Positions 27,925-39,847 of a DNA stretch of 64,000 nt are shown here, piece by piece. The position numbers were made by a program, and so were the translations under genes. This DNA comes from a bacterium (GTDB lineage Bacteria > SAR324 > NAC60-12), in NCBI GenBank assembly GCA_965209155.1, contig OZ242383.1, positions 480,001 through 544,000 on the forward strand. The letters are read 5' to 3'. Numbering within the stretch: the first letter of the stretch is position 1; each line of letters starts with the position of its first letter. Under the pieces are notes generated by a model that had not been told where the DNA came from, searched no databases, and saw nothing but the letters and a program-made list of their open reading frames with translations.

Positions 27925-29256
27925 ATGCTAACAAAAGATTTACTGCGTTATACCATCCAGAAAGAGAAGATCCGTCCCTCATTGGTTGATCCGAAAGATC
28001 CCACTCGGCTCAGTTGCGCGCGACAATTACTGGAAGTTTTTGAATCCGCAAAAGGAAAAAGCCGCGAAGTGCTCTTGGAAGAAAGTAAAGAAATCGCAGA
28101 CCGTATTCCCGTAGACGCGATTTTTACTCGAGGCTTGGAAAAAATTCTACTCGATCACACCGAATTCGACAGCACCCCGGATGACGCTTTGATGGATTTA
28201 CGAAAGGAACTTTTTCAACATACGAGCCGGCTACTTGCCAAACGGACATTTACCAATTTAGAAGACTACCATAAAGCGATTCAAGAAACATATCAGGGGA
28301 AATCCGAAACACAGTTCGTCACCTGCGCGAGTCGGCAATTGTACGTGGATTTGCCCTCATTCCAGCAGGTTCTTCATTTCAAATCCTTTTCCCCGGAAAA
28401 TCTCTTACACCGCTACAATTGCGCTCAGGTGCAGGGATTATTGCAGCGCTGCAATCGCTTGTATTTGCGCATCGCCGACAAAGACCCCATTCACCTGAGG
28501 CCATTGTGCCGGTCTTTGCGCTTTCATCAACTCCTGGCCGAAATCACTGTGGAAGCCAATGGTGAATATTGCCTGGCTATTGACGGCCCCCTCGATCTTT
28601 TTTTGCAGACGCAAAAATACGGAATCAACCTGGCCAATTTTTTCCCGGCGATTCTCCTTCAACCCCGGTGGCAACTCCAGGCTCAGGTCCGATTGAACCA
28701 GCGTAAACAATATTCACTGCTGCTCGATGAATCCTGCAAAATTCGCTCGCATTACCGGCAATTTTCAGCCTACATTCCGGAAGAAATCGAAATGTTCCAG
28801 AAATCCTTTTTACAAAAGTCGCAATCCTGGACTGTTGAACCTGGCAAGCAATTCTTGCAACTCACGGGAGAATTCTACTGCTTTCCGGATTATTTGCTGA
28901 AACATCCATCCGGCATGGAAGTTTTCATGGAATTGTTCCATGCCTGGCATGCGTCCCACTTGACCGTCCGATTGCGACAGTTGGAAAAGGCTCGTCCCTC
29001 CGGAACAGGAGTTTTTCCCTTGATGATAGGCGTGGCCAAGAGTTTACTCAAAGATCCCGCAGTCGCCCAAGCCGTCGATCAATCCCGACACTTCTCAAAG
29101 GCGGGTTTCATATTTAGAAAAATGCCTCCTGCCGACAAAGTGCTGCTGCTGTTGGAACAATTTGTTGACAATATGCCACTTTTCTCACAACAATATGGGG
29201 ATGCGGAAGGTTCTCTTTCAACTTCTATAAATAAGGTAGGTCATGGCAGACAATAA
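27925..29256 (+). CDS. DUF790 family protein (Bax1-like putative nuclease)
   Basis: [47 protein letters not shown]...ELFHAWH. Confidence 0.85.
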   Translation: MLTKDLLRYTIQKEKIRPSLVDPKDPTRLSCARQLLEVFESAKGKSREVLLEESKEIADRIPVDAIFTRGLEKILLDHTEFDSTPDDALMDLRKELFQHTSRLLAKRTFTNLEDYHKAIQETYQGKSETQFVTCASRQLYVDLPSFQQVLHFKSFSPENLLHRYNCAQVQGLLQRCNRLYLRIADKDPIHLRPLCRSLRFHQLLAEITVEANGEYCLAIDGPLDLFLQTQKYGINLANFFPAILLQPRWQLQAQVRLNQRKQYSLLLDESCKIRSHYRQFSAYIPEEIEMFQKSFLQKSQSWTVEPGKQFLQLTGEFYCFPDYLLKHPSGMEVFMELFHAWHASHLTVRLRQLEKARPSGTGVFPLMIGVAKSLLKDPAVAQAVDQSRHFSKAGFIFRKMPPADKVLLLLEQFVDNMPLFSQQYGDAEGSLSTSINKVGHGRQ

Positions 29257-31963
29257 ATTTGGAACCCGGCGGTCGTTTGATATGGGAAATGGTTCTGCGG
29301 ATTTGTTCCGTCTCGATGAACTGGAAAAAAATGGAATCGGCTCCATCGACAAACTTCCTTTTTCCTTGAAAATTCTCCTCGAGCAGGCCCTGAGGAACCT
29401 GGACGATTTCCAAGTCAAGGAAAAGGACGTCACGGCCTTGGCCAATTGGACGACGCAGCATAGTCGAGGTTGCCAGGAAGGGGGGGAAATCCCCTTCAAA
29501 CCCACCCGGGTGATCCTGCAAGACTTCACTGGAGTTCCCACCGTAGTGGACCTGGCCGCCCTGCGTTCAGCCATGGTCGAGATGGGAGGAGACCCCACCC
29601 TGATCAATCCTCAAGTACCGGTGGACCTGGTCATCGACCATTCCGTGCAAGTGGATCAATATGGCAGCGCCCGGTCCTTGAAAAAAAACATGGATATCGA
29701 ATTCATGCGCAACAAAGAGCGATACCAGTTCCTCAAATGGGGTCAGCAGACATTCAAGAATTTTCGAGTTATACCACCAGGAATCGGTATCATCCATCAA
29801 GTCAACCTGGAATACCTGGCAAGTGTGGTCCATTTACGCGACGGCGTTTGTTTCCCGGATACCGTAGTGGGAACGGACTCCCATACGACAATGATCAATG
29901 GCGCCGGAGTCTTGGGGTGGGGAGTCGGTGGTATCGAAGCGGAATCGGCCATGTTGGGACAGCCGGTCTACATGCGCATTCCGCAAGTTCTGGGATTCAA
30001 ACTCTTTGGTTCTCTCAATCCTGGCGCGACGGCGACGGATCTCGTCTTACGAGTCGTGCAAATGCTTCGAGAAATAGGTGTTGTGGAAAAATTCGTAGAG
30101 TTTTATGGAGCCGGGCTTTCCAACTTGAGTTTGGCAGACAGGGCGACTCTGGCCAATATGGCTCCGGAATATGGGGCTACCATGGGTTTCTTCCCCGTGG
30201 ATGAAGAAACACTGAATTATTTAAAGAGCACCGGCCGTTCTGAAGAACTCGCGCAGAGAGTTGAACGTTATTGTAAAGAACAAGGAATGTTCCGCACGGA
30301 TGAAACTCCCGACCCGACTTATAGCGACGTGATCAGTCTGGACCTCGCCACTGTGGAACCGGCTTTAGCGGGTCCAAAACGCCCTCAAGACCGTATTGAT
30401 CTTTCCGAGATGAAGTCCACCTGGCAACAAACCATGCAGGCCCCCATCAAAGCGCGGGGTTTTGCCCTGGATGAGCAATCCATCCTGGCAGAAAGCCCTA
30501 TCTCCGGAGAGCGAGGGAGCCGATTGAAACATGGTTCCGTCGTCATTGCTGCCATCACTTCCTGTACCAATACCAGCAACCCTTCCGTGCTCATTGCAGC
30601 AGGTCTGCTGGCCAAAAAAGCTATCGAACGGGGACTGGCTGCCAAACCCTGGGTGAAGACTTCCCTGGCGCCCGGGTCCCGGGTGGTGACGGACTATTTG
30701 AATAAATCCGGACTCACTGAATATCTGGAGCAACTGGGATTTTACACCGTGGGATACGGGTGCACGACTTGCATTGGCAATTCCGGTCCTCTTGCGGATT
30801 CGATCGTTTCATCGATCAACCAGGAAGACCTGGTGGTCGTTTCGGTCCTTTCGGGCAATCGCAATTTCGAGGGACGGATCAGTCCGCATGTAAAAGCGAA
30901 TTTTCTGGCGAGCCCTCCTTTGGTTGTCGCTTATGCAATTGCCGGGACGGTCGATATCAACTTGCGGAAAGAAGCCATTGGCTTGGACTGCAATGGCCGG
31001 GAGGTCAAATTGGACGAGATTTGGCCCAACCCGGATGAAATTTCGGAAGTGATGAAACTGATCACCCCCCAAATGTATAGAGAGCGTTATGAACGGGTGC
31101 AAGACAGTTCTGAAATATGGAACCGCATAAAAAGCGAATCCGGAGAAGCGTATCCCTGGGACAACGAGTCCACCTACATCCAAAATCCTCCATTCTTCAT
31201 GAACATGTCCCTGGACCTCGCCCCCTTGCAAAACATCATCGGAGCCAATACCTTGATCAAATTGGGAGATTCCGTGACCACAGACCATATTTCTCCTGCC
31301 GGCGCTTTCGCTTCCGAGCATCCTGCCGGGAAATATTTAATAGAAAAAGGAGTCAGGCCTGAAGAATTCAATTCTTATGGGTCACGGCGCGGAAACGACC
31401 AGGTGATGACTCGAGGCACTTTCGCCAATGTACGCATTCGGAATCAGTTGATACCCGGAAAGGAAGGAGGTTATACGATTCACTTTCCCAGCGGAGAGCA
31501 ATTACCGGTGTACGACGCGGCCGTGAAGTACCAAGAGGAGAACACTCCCCTGGTCGTCATTGCAGGCGCGGAATATGGCTCAGGTTCCTCGAGGGACTGG
31601 GCGGCTAAAGGTCCATTTTTATTGGGGGTCAAGGCAGTGCTCGTTTCCAGCTTCGAACGCATTCACCGTTCCAACTTGATTGGCATGGGCGTCCTTCCTC
31701 TTCAGTTCAAAGGGGGTAAAAATGCGGATGACTATAACCTGACCGGGAAAGAAAAATTATCCGTCATCGGCATCGATGATGGTATTGAACCCTTGCAGGA
31801 ATTGATAGTGAAAGCAGATGAACAGGAAATTCCGGTGATTTGCCGTTTGGACACTGCCGTTGAAATCGAATATTATAAAAATGGCGGAATCCTCCATACC
31901 GTGCTGCGTAATTTTCTGCGTAATCCACAGCAAGTTGAAGGTGCAGAGTTATCCGACCCATGA
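29243..31963 (+). CDS. acnA: Aconitate hydratase A
   Basis: [59 protein letters not shown]. Confidence 0.98.
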   Translation: MADNKFGTRRSFDMGNGSADLFRLDELEKNGIGSIDKLPFSLKILLEQALRNLDDFQVKEKDVTALANWTTQHSRGCQEGGEIPFKPTRVILQDFTGVPTVVDLAALRSAMVEMGGDPTLINPQVPVDLVIDHSVQVDQYGSARSLKKNMDIEFMRNKERYQFLKWGQQTFKNFRVIPPGIGIIHQVNLEYLASVVHLRDGVCFPDTVVGTDSHTTMINGAGVLGWGVGGIEAESAMLGQPVYMRIPQVLGFKLFGSLNPGATATDLVLRVVQMLREIGVVEKFVEFYGAGLSNLSLADRATLANMAPEYGATMGFFPVDEETLNYLKSTGRSEELAQRVERYCKEQGMFRTDETPDPTYSDVISLDLATVEPALAGPKRPQDRIDLSEMKSTWQQTMQAPIKARGFALDEQSILAESPISGERGSRLKHGSVVIAAITSCTNTSNPSVLIAAGLLAKKAIERGLAAKPWVKTSLAPGSRVVTDYLNKSGLTEYLEQLGFYTVGYGCTTCIGNSGPLADSIVSSINQEDLVVVSVLSGNRNFEGRISPHVKANFLASPPLVVAYAIAGTVDINLRKEAIGLDCNGREVKLDEIWPNPDEISEVMKLITPQMYRERYERVQDSSEIWNRIKSESGEAYPWDNESTYIQNPPFFMNMSLDLAPLQNIIGANTLIKLGDSVTTDHISPAGAFASEHPAGKYLIEKGVRPEEFNSYGSRRGNDQVMTRGTFANVRIRNQLIPGKEGGYTIHFPSGEQLPVYDAAVKYQEENTPLVVIAGAEYGSGSSRDWAAKGPFLLGVKAVLVSSFERIHRSNLIGMGVLPLQFKGGKNADDYNLTGKEKLSVIGIDDGIEPLQELIVKADEQEIPVICRLDTAVEIEYYKNGGILHTVLRNFLRNPQQVEGAELSDP

Positions 31964-31966
31964 AAG

Positions 31967-32683
31967 ATGGTCTCCATGCGTTCTGCCAAAATCCATCTTA
32001 AAAACTGGTTTCTGGTCAAATCTTTGGTCTGGATGATTCGCGGCACGGGTTGGACTGCAAAAACCATCCATTTGAATGAGAAATTTGTCGACTCACTCGA
32101 GCAGAATTACATCCTTGCCACTTGGCACCAAAATATTTATTTCAGTTGCTGGCTTTTGAAGAATCGAAAACTTGGTTCCATGATCAGTGAAAGCGAAGAT
32201 GGTGAGATGATAACCAGGGTGGTAGAGCATTTTTCCTTTGTTCCGATTCGTGGCTCCTCTTCCTATGGGGGCAGCCGGGCTCTCCGGGAAATTGTGGCTT
32301 ATCTCAAAGGTCCTTTGCCTGCCGCCATCACTCCCGATGGTCCTCGGGGTCCTCGCTGCCGGGTACAACCCGGTGTCATCATGATCTCCAAAATGAGTGG
32401 TGCGCCAATCATTCCCTGGTGTTTTGAAGCTCTTGACCAGTGGACCATCTACAGTAGCTGGGATCAACATAAAATTCCAAAACCCTTCACCCTTGCAGTC
32501 AGTGTTTTTGGCCCTCCTGTTTATGTTCCCGCTTCACTGACCCGGGAAGAAATCGAGGAATACTGCTTTAAGTTGGGGCAAGCCATGGTCGACCTGCAAA
32601 AACAAGCTGCTGCGGAAATAAAAAGACTGCAGCGCATGGGAGCGCATCGCCTTTTTGCAAGGTTTCGGGAGTGGTGGTCATAA
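31967..32683 (+). CDS. DUF374 / lysophospholipid acyltransferase family protein
   Basis: TWH, S.SEDGE, IRGSS..GG, ITPDGPRGP, SWD...IPKPF. Confidence 0.88.
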   Translation: MVSMRSAKIHLKNWFLVKSLVWMIRGTGWTAKTIHLNEKFVDSLEQNYILATWHQNIYFSCWLLKNRKLGSMISESEDGEMITRVVEHFSFVPIRGSSSYGGSRALREIVAYLKGPLPAAITPDGPRGPRCRVQPGVIMISKMSGAPIIPWCFEALDQWTIYSSWDQHKIPKPFTLAVSVFGPPVYVPASLTREEIEEYCFKLGQAMVDLQKQAAAEIKRLQRMGAHRLFARFREWWS

Positions 32684-32699
32684 AAAATAAAAAAAATCA

Positions 32700-34775
32700 T
32701 CACTCGTCTGCAGGTACCCGGCTCTCTGCAATCACTTTTTGTTCGTAATCCCTTGGCATTTCTTCGTAGTGGCTGAATTCTTCGGTATGAATTCCCCGCC
32801 CCCCCGTCAACGAGCGTAAGGTAGTGGCATAGTAATGGAGCTCGGCCTGGGGCACCTGCGCTTTGACGACCTGCATCACTCCTTTCGAATCCATACCCAG
32901 GATTTTTCCCCGGCGACTGGAAATATCACCCATCACATCGCCCATGGCATCTTCCGGAATTTTGACTTCAATATTGTAAATCGGTTCCAACAAGCAGGGA
33001 CGGGCTTCTTTGAACGCTTCTTTCAATGCTTGTTTGCCTGCAATTTGGAATGCGACGTCCTTGGAGTCGACCGGGTGTTGTTTCCCGTCATAGAAATCCA
33101 CTTTCAAATCCACAGCCCGATACCCTGCGACAATGCCTTCCTCACAGGCAGCCATCACCCCTTTTTCCACGGAGGGCACAAAAACCCGGTCCACGTTTTG
33201 TCCTACCAGCGACTGCGTGAACTCCACCCCCTCTCCTCGATTTTTGGGTTCGATGCGCATCCAGACTTCAGCAAACTGCCCTGCGCCTCCGGTTTGCTTC
33301 TTGTGACGATACTTGGATTCTCCATTGGCCTGGATGGTTTCCCGGAAAGGGATTTTGGGCTTATGCAACTCGATTTCCACCTTGAAGCGATTTTTCAAAC
33401 GATCGGTGATCACTTGTAAATGCAATTCCCCTTGACCCGAAATAATGGTCTGGTGTAACTCGGCATCGACCCGGTAAATGAAGGTAGGGTCTTCTTCGTG
33501 AAGGGTACCCAGGCCGATGGCGATTTTCTCTTCTTCTCCCTTGGATTTGGGTTTCAAGGCGGCGTGGATATTGGGTTTGGGATATTCCACCGGGTGCAGG
33601 GTTACTATTTTTTTCGTGCTGCATAGCGTTTCATTGGTGTGGGTATCCTTCAATTTGACGACCGCCCCGATGTCTCCACTGAACAGGTTTTTTACGCTTT
33701 CCCGTTCCTTGCCATTGAGCAGGTAGACCTGTCCGATGCGTTCATTGATCTTCCTCGCGCTGTTGTGTACGTCTATCCCGGAAGTGATCGTTCCGGAATA
33801 GATACGGAAAAAAGACATTTCCCCCAAGTGAGCCTCACTCAGCGTCTTGAATACATACATTACGGGATCGGAATCGGTCAAAGCGATTTCGACTTCATTC
33901 CCCTCCGGATCCGTCGCCTTCACATTGCCGCGGTCCAGTGGAGAGGGTCCGTATTGCGCGATGAAATCCATGATCAGGCTCACACCGGTATTCGATTCGG
34001 CAGATGCGCAGAAAAGAGGGACAAAGGACTGATTTTGCACGGCGGTGTGGATACCTGCCCGCATTTCTTCCTCAGTCAGACCTTCCTCGAAAAATTTCTC
34101 CAAAAGCGTGTCATCGGATTCCGCGACGTATTCGATCAATTGCTGGTGCATCTCCTCTAAGCGGCCTTGCCACTCTCCTTCCACCGGATGTTTTTCCAAT
34201 TGACCGCTACCTCCGCTTCGATAGGTACAAACTTTCCCGGACAATATATCCAATACCCGATTGAATTCGGGACCCGCATTGACTGGAACATTCATGGGAA
34301 ATACATTATTTCCGAATCGTTCTTTAACCTGGGCCAGAACTTTGTCGAAGTCAGCATATTCTTTGTCGAGTCCATTGATGACCAGGATTTTGGGGATCTC
34401 GAAATTCGTTGCGAATTCCCATACCTGGTCCGTGCCCACTTGCACTCCTTGAACCGCATCAACGACCACCAAAGCAGCATCCCCCACCCGCAGGGCTCCT
34501 AAACTTTCGCTAATGAAATCCGAATATCCCGGAGTGTCGATGATGTTCAGCTTTTTTCCTTGCCATTCCGTCTGCAGTAAAGACGCATGGATAGAAATTT
34601 GACGGGCTTGTTCATCTTCATGGTAGTCTGAAACCGTGTTCCCATTGACAATGCTACCCAGCCGGTTGATCACACCGCTGCAAACTAATATCGCCTCACT
34701 CAACATCGTCTTACCCGAAGCCCCATGGCCCACAATAGCAATATTTCGAATATCGGCGGATTTGTATTCTTTCAT
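32700..34775 (-). CDS. fusA: Elongation factor G paralogue (EF-G2 type)
   Basis: GHGASGKT, DTPGYSDF, GQGELHL, KKQTGGAGQF; degenerate G2/G4 motifs; not in an str operon. Confidence 0.9.
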   Translation of the reverse strand: MKEYKSADIRNIAIVGHGASGKTMLSEAILVCSGVINRLGSIVNGNTVSDYHEDEQARQISIHASLLQTEWQGKKLNIIDTPGYSDFISESLGALRVGDAALVVVDAVQGVQVGTDQVWEFATNFEIPKILVINGLDKEYADFDKVLAQVKERFGNNVFPMNVPVNAGPEFNRVLDILSGKVCTYRSGGSGQLEKHPVEGEWQGRLEEMHQQLIEYVAESDDTLLEKFFEEGLTEEEMRAGIHTAVQNQSFVPLFCASAESNTGVSLIMDFIAQYGPSPLDRGNVKATDPEGNEVEIALTDSDPVMYVFKTLSEAHLGEMSFFRIYSGTITSGIDVHNSARKINERIGQVYLLNGKERESVKNLFSGDIGAVVKLKDTHTNETLCSTKKIVTLHPVEYPKPNIHAALKPKSKGEEEKIAIGLGTLHEEDPTFIYRVDAELHQTIISGQGELHLQVITDRLKNRFKVEIELHKPKIPFRETIQANGESKYRHKKQTGGAGQFAEVWMRIEPKNRGEGVEFTQSLVGQNVDRVFVPSVEKGVMAACEEGIVAGYRAVDLKVDFYDGKQHPVDSKDVAFQIAGKQALKEAFKEARPCLLEPIYNIEVKIPEDAMGDVMGDISSRRGKILGMDSKGVMQVVKAQVPQAELHYYATTLRSLTGGRGIHTEEFSHYEEMPRDYEQKVIAESRVPADE

Positions 34776-34996
34776 GGACTTAACCTCTTGCTCTCAGAAA
34801 TTTCAGTTGATACGAAAAGCAGAAATCACCTTACGAAAAATTTTTCATGAGTCTAGAATTGACAATTAGAAGTACGAAGGTTATTACGTAATCCCTCAAT
34901 TTTCAATTTTTATTTAGCCATGGGATTCCGGGAAGTACCCTGCGCTTTTCAAAATCGCGCAAGGACGTTGGAGACTGTCTGGTTTACATAGTAACT

Positions 34997-36673
34997 ATGT
35001 GGCTATCCATGATGATCCGCTTGGTCAGACGCATAACGGGTTGGCAGTCGTCGTACGGCGTCGCCAACCTCAAGGGCGATTTTTTTGGTGGAATGGTGTC
35101 CGCCGTCATGATGGTGCCGGTTGCGCTCGGCTTCGGGGCGCTGTCCGGGCTCGGTCCGGTGGCCGCGTTCTACGGCGCGATCATCGTCGGGTTCTGCACT
35201 GCCGCGTTTGGTGGCGCAGCTCCCATGATCTCAGGGCCCAGCGCCCTGATAACCGTATTCACGGCTGTCATTCTCAGCTCCTATGCCGACAGCCTGGCCG
35301 AAGCGTTCACTATTGTGATGATGGCCGGAATCATCCAGATTGCTTTCGGTCTCTTGCGGCTGGGCAGGTTCGCCAACTGGTTGCCCTTCTCGGTGGTGCG
35401 GGGAGTATTCGTAGGCGTGGGCGGGTATATATTCATGACCCAGACGCTCTGGATTCTCGGCTCGTCCATCGAACCCGGCATAGGACTGTTCGACATTATC
35501 GCCTCCTGGCCGAACGCGATCCTCGACGTCAACACTCACGCGCTCGCGGTGGCAGTCATCACACTGGCCGTATTCGTCTCCTGGCCGGACAGGTTCCATC
35601 GCATTGTACCGGATGCCCTGGTAGCGCTGATAGTGGGTGCGCTCGCGGGAGTGTTCTTGTTCGACTCCGCGCCGCGCTTGGGGGACACCCCGGTAGGTCT
35701 TCCCGAGATCCAGGTACCCGTATTCCACGGCCAGGTGCTGATCGATGCCATACAACCCGCCCTGATCCTGGCCTTCCTCAGTTCGATGTACAACCTCCTC
35801 ACCGCCCTGATCATAGATCCACTGACCGGACGCACGCATAAGCCCAACCGCGAACTCGTCGGACTCGGGATCGGCAACATCGTGACAGGCGCTTTGGGAG
35901 GTCTGCCGGGCGCGGCTTCCGCTCCCTGCTCGCTCCTTGCAGCACGTGCAGGGGGTAGATCGGCAGTGACCGGCATGGTCTGCGCCGGGGTCCTCTTGGC
36001 TATTCTTTTCGGGCTGGGCAGGTTTATCTCCTACGTTCCACTCGCCGCCTTCGCCGGAATTCTGATCAAGGTCGGCTGGGACATGATGGACGTGCGATTC
36101 CTGAGACGTATCCCCAAGCTCTCCCCGGACATCGGTCTGGTTACGCTGCTCACCGCCCTGCTCTCACTGGTCTTTGACGTCATATCGGCAATTGCCGTGG
36201 GATTCATCGTTTCCGGCATGGCCAACGCGATGCGTCTCCAGGGCCAGCAACTGAACCAGACCGTATCCACGCCCTTGCTGGACATGATCCTGTTCCCCGA
36301 TGCGGCAGACGACCCGGACTTCGATCCCTTCCGCGCGCGGGTGGGCCTCCTCTCACTCCGCGGAAGCTACTCGATTGCGTCAGCCAGGGAGATCGTGCGC
36401 GTCATCAGTCCCGATCTCGTTGACCACGAAGTCGTCATCTTCGACTTCAGCGAGACATCCGCTATGGACGACAGCGCGGCAATGGCGGTGGAAGACCTCA
36501 TCAACTCCATCGTGCGCGACCAGGACAAATCCTGCATCATCTCGGGCCTCTCCGACCCACTCGAGGAAAACCTCGGCACCCTGGGCATTTTCGACAACGT
36601 TCCCCACGAGGACTTCGCCAAAGACTTGGACGAAGCGAAAGCCATCGCCGCCCGCATCCTTGAAGAAGCTTGA
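34997..36673 (+). CDS. SulP/SLC26 anion permease with STAS domain
   Basis: Hydrophobic core, MISGP, NRELVGLGIGN, C-terminal DFSETSAMDDSA; visibly GC-richer than its flanks. Confidence 0.92.
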   Translation: MWLSMMIRLVRRITGWQSSYGVANLKGDFFGGMVSAVMMVPVALGFGALSGLGPVAAFYGAIIVGFCTAAFGGAAPMISGPSALITVFTAVILSSYADSLAEAFTIVMMAGIIQIAFGLLRLGRFANWLPFSVVRGVFVGVGGYIFMTQTLWILGSSIEPGIGLFDIIASWPNAILDVNTHALAVAVITLAVFVSWPDRFHRIVPDALVALIVGALAGVFLFDSAPRLGDTPVGLPEIQVPVFHGQVLIDAIQPALILAFLSSMYNLLTALIIDPLTGRTHKPNRELVGLGIGNIVTGALGGLPGAASAPCSLLAARAGGRSAVTGMVCAGVLLAILFGLGRFISYVPLAAFAGILIKVGWDMMDVRFLRRIPKLSPDIGLVTLLTALLSLVFDVISAIAVGFIVSGMANAMRLQGQQLNQTVSTPLLDMILFPDAADDPDFDPFRARVGLLSLRGSYSIASAREIVRVISPDLVDHEVVIFDFSETSAMDDSAAMAVEDLINSIVRDQDKSCIISGLSDPLEENLGTLGIFDNVPHEDFAKDLDEAKAIAARILEEA

Positions 36674-36821
36674 TTTATGATGCCGAATGAAACCTTTCAC
36701 CCGCGACATTTTTCATACCGGAGCGGCTTGCGAGTTGCCGCATCCTGTTTTCTCTTTGAAAATCGCAAAGCCCTGTTGTAGACTGTTTAGACTATTTTAA
36801 CCGGAGTGGGAGAAAGGCAGC

Positions 36822-37997
36822 ATGAGTGGCGAACCGCAGTTGTTCAGGATTAACCCGGAAAACCAGCAATCTGATCGGATTGAAGAGGTGGACTTTACAC
36901 AGCTAGGATTAAAGGAACGCTGGGACATCCAGGATTGGGTGGTAAAAAATCCTGGTATCCTGGGCGATGATCTGCTGATAATCGGCAAGGAATTCAGCGA
37001 TTTCGACCTCACGAACGAAAGGTTGGACCTGCTGGCGGTGGACTGGGATGGCAGGTTGGTAATCATAGAACTCAAGCGCGATGATTCAGGTGCCGATGCG
37101 TACTGGCAGGCAATAAAATACGCCAGCTATTTCACCAAGACTACTAAAGAGCAAATCGTCGACCTTGCATCGAATTACCTAAGTGAATCGAAGGAACAAG
37201 CATTCGATCGTTTGTTGGAGCACTTAGACGCTGACGACCTGAGCGCACTGAACAACGATCAGCGCATCATCCTGGCAAGTCACCGATTCGCCCCCGAAGT
37301 GACTTCCGCTGCTCTATGGCTCAACCAAAAGGTTCCCACCGAAGACCTCATCACTTGCGTCAAGCTCACTCCATTCCATGATACGCAAACGAAATCCCTG
37401 TATGTACAGGCGTCCACCATAATCCCTGTACCCGGAGTAGACGTGGTAAGTGTAGTATCTGGTGTCCGACCGGAGAGTGGAGGAATCGGTATCAGTTTCG
37501 CAGCCAAACGGCGAAAGACTTTCGAGCGGAACAAAAATGATGAGGTCACGCAATTCCTCAGGAAAGCAGGTCAATTGGCCACGGATGGTCTAGCGGACGA
37601 AATAAGGCCTGATAGAACAAGCCAATTGGGAGGTGTTCATCGGTGGGGTGGACGCTACTATCGTCTCTGGTACGAGCACCCACCTTGGGACAATCATGGA
37701 CATTCCTATCAAATAGACCTTCATCCTCAGGATGGCGAAGGTGAGTGGCTGGCCAACTTATATTTCGGCTATCGTGACGACATTGCCGAGCTTTTGGAAG
37801 GAGTCGTCGTTCACTCCCAGCAGCGCTTTGGGAAAAACTGGATTGAGGTAGACGTTGGCCCAAGTGCCCTTGACGACAAATTCGCTGGGGAAATTGCCGA
37901 GGTCATCCGGAGTTTTATCGAGCGTATCACACCCATCATTGACGTCCTGGAAAACGAAACTGGCAACGACGAATCCCAGCCAGCAGCAAGCTGTTGA
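36822..37997 (+). CDS. NucS/EndoMS-like PD-(D/E)xK nuclease-domain protein
   Basis: ERWDIQDWV, IIGKEF, RLDLLAVD.DG.LVIIELKRD, QAIKYASY. Confidence 0.8.
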   Translation: MSGEPQLFRINPENQQSDRIEEVDFTQLGLKERWDIQDWVVKNPGILGDDLLIIGKEFSDFDLTNERLDLLAVDWDGRLVIIELKRDDSGADAYWQAIKYASYFTKTTKEQIVDLASNYLSESKEQAFDRLLEHLDADDLSALNNDQRIILASHRFAPEVTSAALWLNQKVPTEDLITCVKLTPFHDTQTKSLYVQASTIIPVPGVDVVSVVSGVRPESGGIGISFAAKRRKTFERNKNDEVTQFLRKAGQLATDGLADEIRPDRTSQLGGVHRWGGRYYRLWYEHPPWDNHGHSYQIDLHPQDGEGEWLANLYFGYRDDIAELLEGVVVHSQQRFGKNWIEVDVGPSALDDKFAGEIAEVIRSFIERITPIIDVLENETGNDESQPAASC

Positions 37998-38227
37998 TCG
38001 TTGCCAATCCCACGCTTCTCTCTTCAACTTCACCCTCACATCCACGCGCTGCTTCCTGGTGGAATGCTCAAAGACGATACTCTCTACCAACCGTTTGCCT
38101 ATTCTACAGACGTGATAGTCCATCAATTCAAAGCTTGACTGTTGGCCATCTTATTCAAACAGGAAATCTGCACCCAGGAATCATCGACCAGTTGATGTCC
38201 TGGAGAGATGAAGCAGGAATCTTATTT

Positions 38228-39208
38228 CTAATCAAAGAAACTGGTTTGGATTGGTTGATTGTTTCTGGCGACTGGTTTTTTCGATAAATTATTTTTAACA
38301 ATTGAATCTAAATTACTTCGATTGATTATCGTTATTTCCTCTTTTTGCTCATTGAGCAATTGTCTGTTTAAATCGTATTTTGGGTTATTTCCATCAGTCA
38401 AATCGTCATAAATCACAGCAACAGAAATAGAATAATTCAAAGCATACCGTATCGCCAACCTCGACCCGCTGTCATTGCCTTGGTCATTTTTAGCATAACT
38501 CGCTGACAAAATAATAAAATCACTAAAAAGCGCTTGTAATCGATCCCGCTCTTGATATCTGCCAGCCAACTCCATTTTGGATTGGGCATCTGCATAATAC
38601 TCTGTTATCAATAACCCGTTTTTTCTAACGATCTCGTTGGCTAATTCTATGTTTTTTGCTGGCAAAATATGATTCAAGGGACTGGGAAGAATAGCTACGG
38701 TCTTTCCATTCGATCGCAAGGTCTGCCTGTGCGCTATTGAATCGCAACCCAAAGCCAATCCGCTGACAATGGTAGCACCATTTTTAACCAATTTTGAAAC
38801 CACTTCTTGTTCTATTTTTTCAATATCACGATCTGGGTTGAGTAAGCCAATAACGGCAATATTTTTATTCGCTTTTTTCAACAAACTCAGGTCACCACGA
38901 TAAAACAGAACGATTGGCTGTTCGCTTTTTTTTACATTTCCCCTGGAGTGAGGGAATCTTTCATCCCCAAATGCAACAATTCCATCCATAAAATCTTCTA
39001 ATCTCAGAACATCTTCTCTTATCCTTTCTTTATTCCTTTCAAAGTCCTCCAGTGTTATATGATGGTCTTCTTTTGCATCTATATTCAATAAATTCACAAT
39101 GGTATCTACTCTTTCATCTCCTCTTAGATTTTTAACAATCCAAGCTCGGCCAATGCCTTTATAGGTCATTGCAGTTAAAATATTGATTGAATTTTCTGAA
39201 TAAATCAT
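38228..39208 (-). CDS. DprA/Smf-like protein (ShosA-like)
   Basis: P.VLFYRGD, IVSGLALGCDSIAH, GLLITEY, RDRLQA. Confidence 0.88.
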   Translation of the reverse strand: MIYSENSINILTAMTYKGIGRAWIVKNLRGDERVDTIVNLLNIDAKEDHHITLEDFERNKERIREDVLRLEDFMDGIVAFGDERFPHSRGNVKKSEQPIVLFYRGDLSLLKKANKNIAVIGLLNPDRDIEKIEQEVVSKLVKNGATIVSGLALGCDSIAHRQTLRSNGKTVAILPSPLNHILPAKNIELANEIVRKNGLLITEYYADAQSKMELAGRYQERDRLQALFSDFIILSASYAKNDQGNDSGSRLAIRYALNYSISVAVIYDDLTDGNNPKYDLNRQLLNEQKEEITIINRSNLDSIVKNNLSKKPVARNNQPIQTSFFD

Positions 39209-39831
39209 ATGTTATGAACCTGACTGAAATTGGTTTTTCCTGTGCAACCTACAGCATAAAAAGTCACAGAACGTGCCCTTTTGTCCAATAATGCTTGGAT
39301 TGCATCTTCATCAATATTTATGTTTCTGGTGTATACATCGTCAATTAACAAAATATCTTTGTCCCTGACATGATTCGATATTTTACAAGTTTCGGCGGTA
39401 ATTCCTGGATATGGTTCTGCACCGTCATTGTTGAAATTGGGTGTGTGAGCTCGCAGATGGGTGGTTCTGGTGATGGTGTGTCGAACAATATAATCTATGC
39501 CATCAATAAAACTGTTGAGTTGATTAACAACACTTCGAACAGTAGACTTAAATAATAATTGATTCGGGTGATAATTAGTTTTTGCTCTTGGAACCACACA
39601 AACTGTTAGTGGTGGTATTCGTGATAATTGTGGTAAATCTTCCAATAATACTCTTCTTAGCTCTTGAACAGCATTATCTAAAATTGATTTTGGACAATCG
39701 TTGTAGGTGTTTTTTAGCGTATTAATATAATCAGGATTTCCGGGGTTTTTATATTTGACAAACTTCACATGAAAAAAGGCTCCAATATCTCGTCTTAAAT
39801 AACGATTAGAGTGAATTAAAAATTTATTCAT
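39205..39831 (-). CDS. ComF-like phosphoribosyltransferase (ShosT-like)
   Basis: VCVVPRAK, DILLIDDVYT PRPP-binding loop; ATGA-coupled to the DprA gene; start taken at MNKFLIH because the upstream sequence is IS-derived. Confidence 0.82.
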   Translation of the reverse strand: MNKFLIHSNRYLRRDIGAFFHVKFVKYKNPGNPDYINTLKNTYNDCPKSILDNAVQELRRVLLEDLPQLSRIPPLTVCVVPRAKTNYHPNQLLFKSTVRSVVNQLNSFIDGIDYIVRHTITRTTHLRAHTPNFNNDGAEPYPGITAETCKISNHVRDKDILLIDDVYTRNINIDEDAIQALLDKRARSVTFYAVGCTGKTNFSQVHNI

Positions 39832-39847
39832 ACTTTTCAATCCTATT

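Noticed and set aside
34999..36709. Long overlapping ORFs within the SulP gene (also 44384-45277 and 46000-46791)
   Set aside because: Alternative-frame or antisense shadows of well-supported genes
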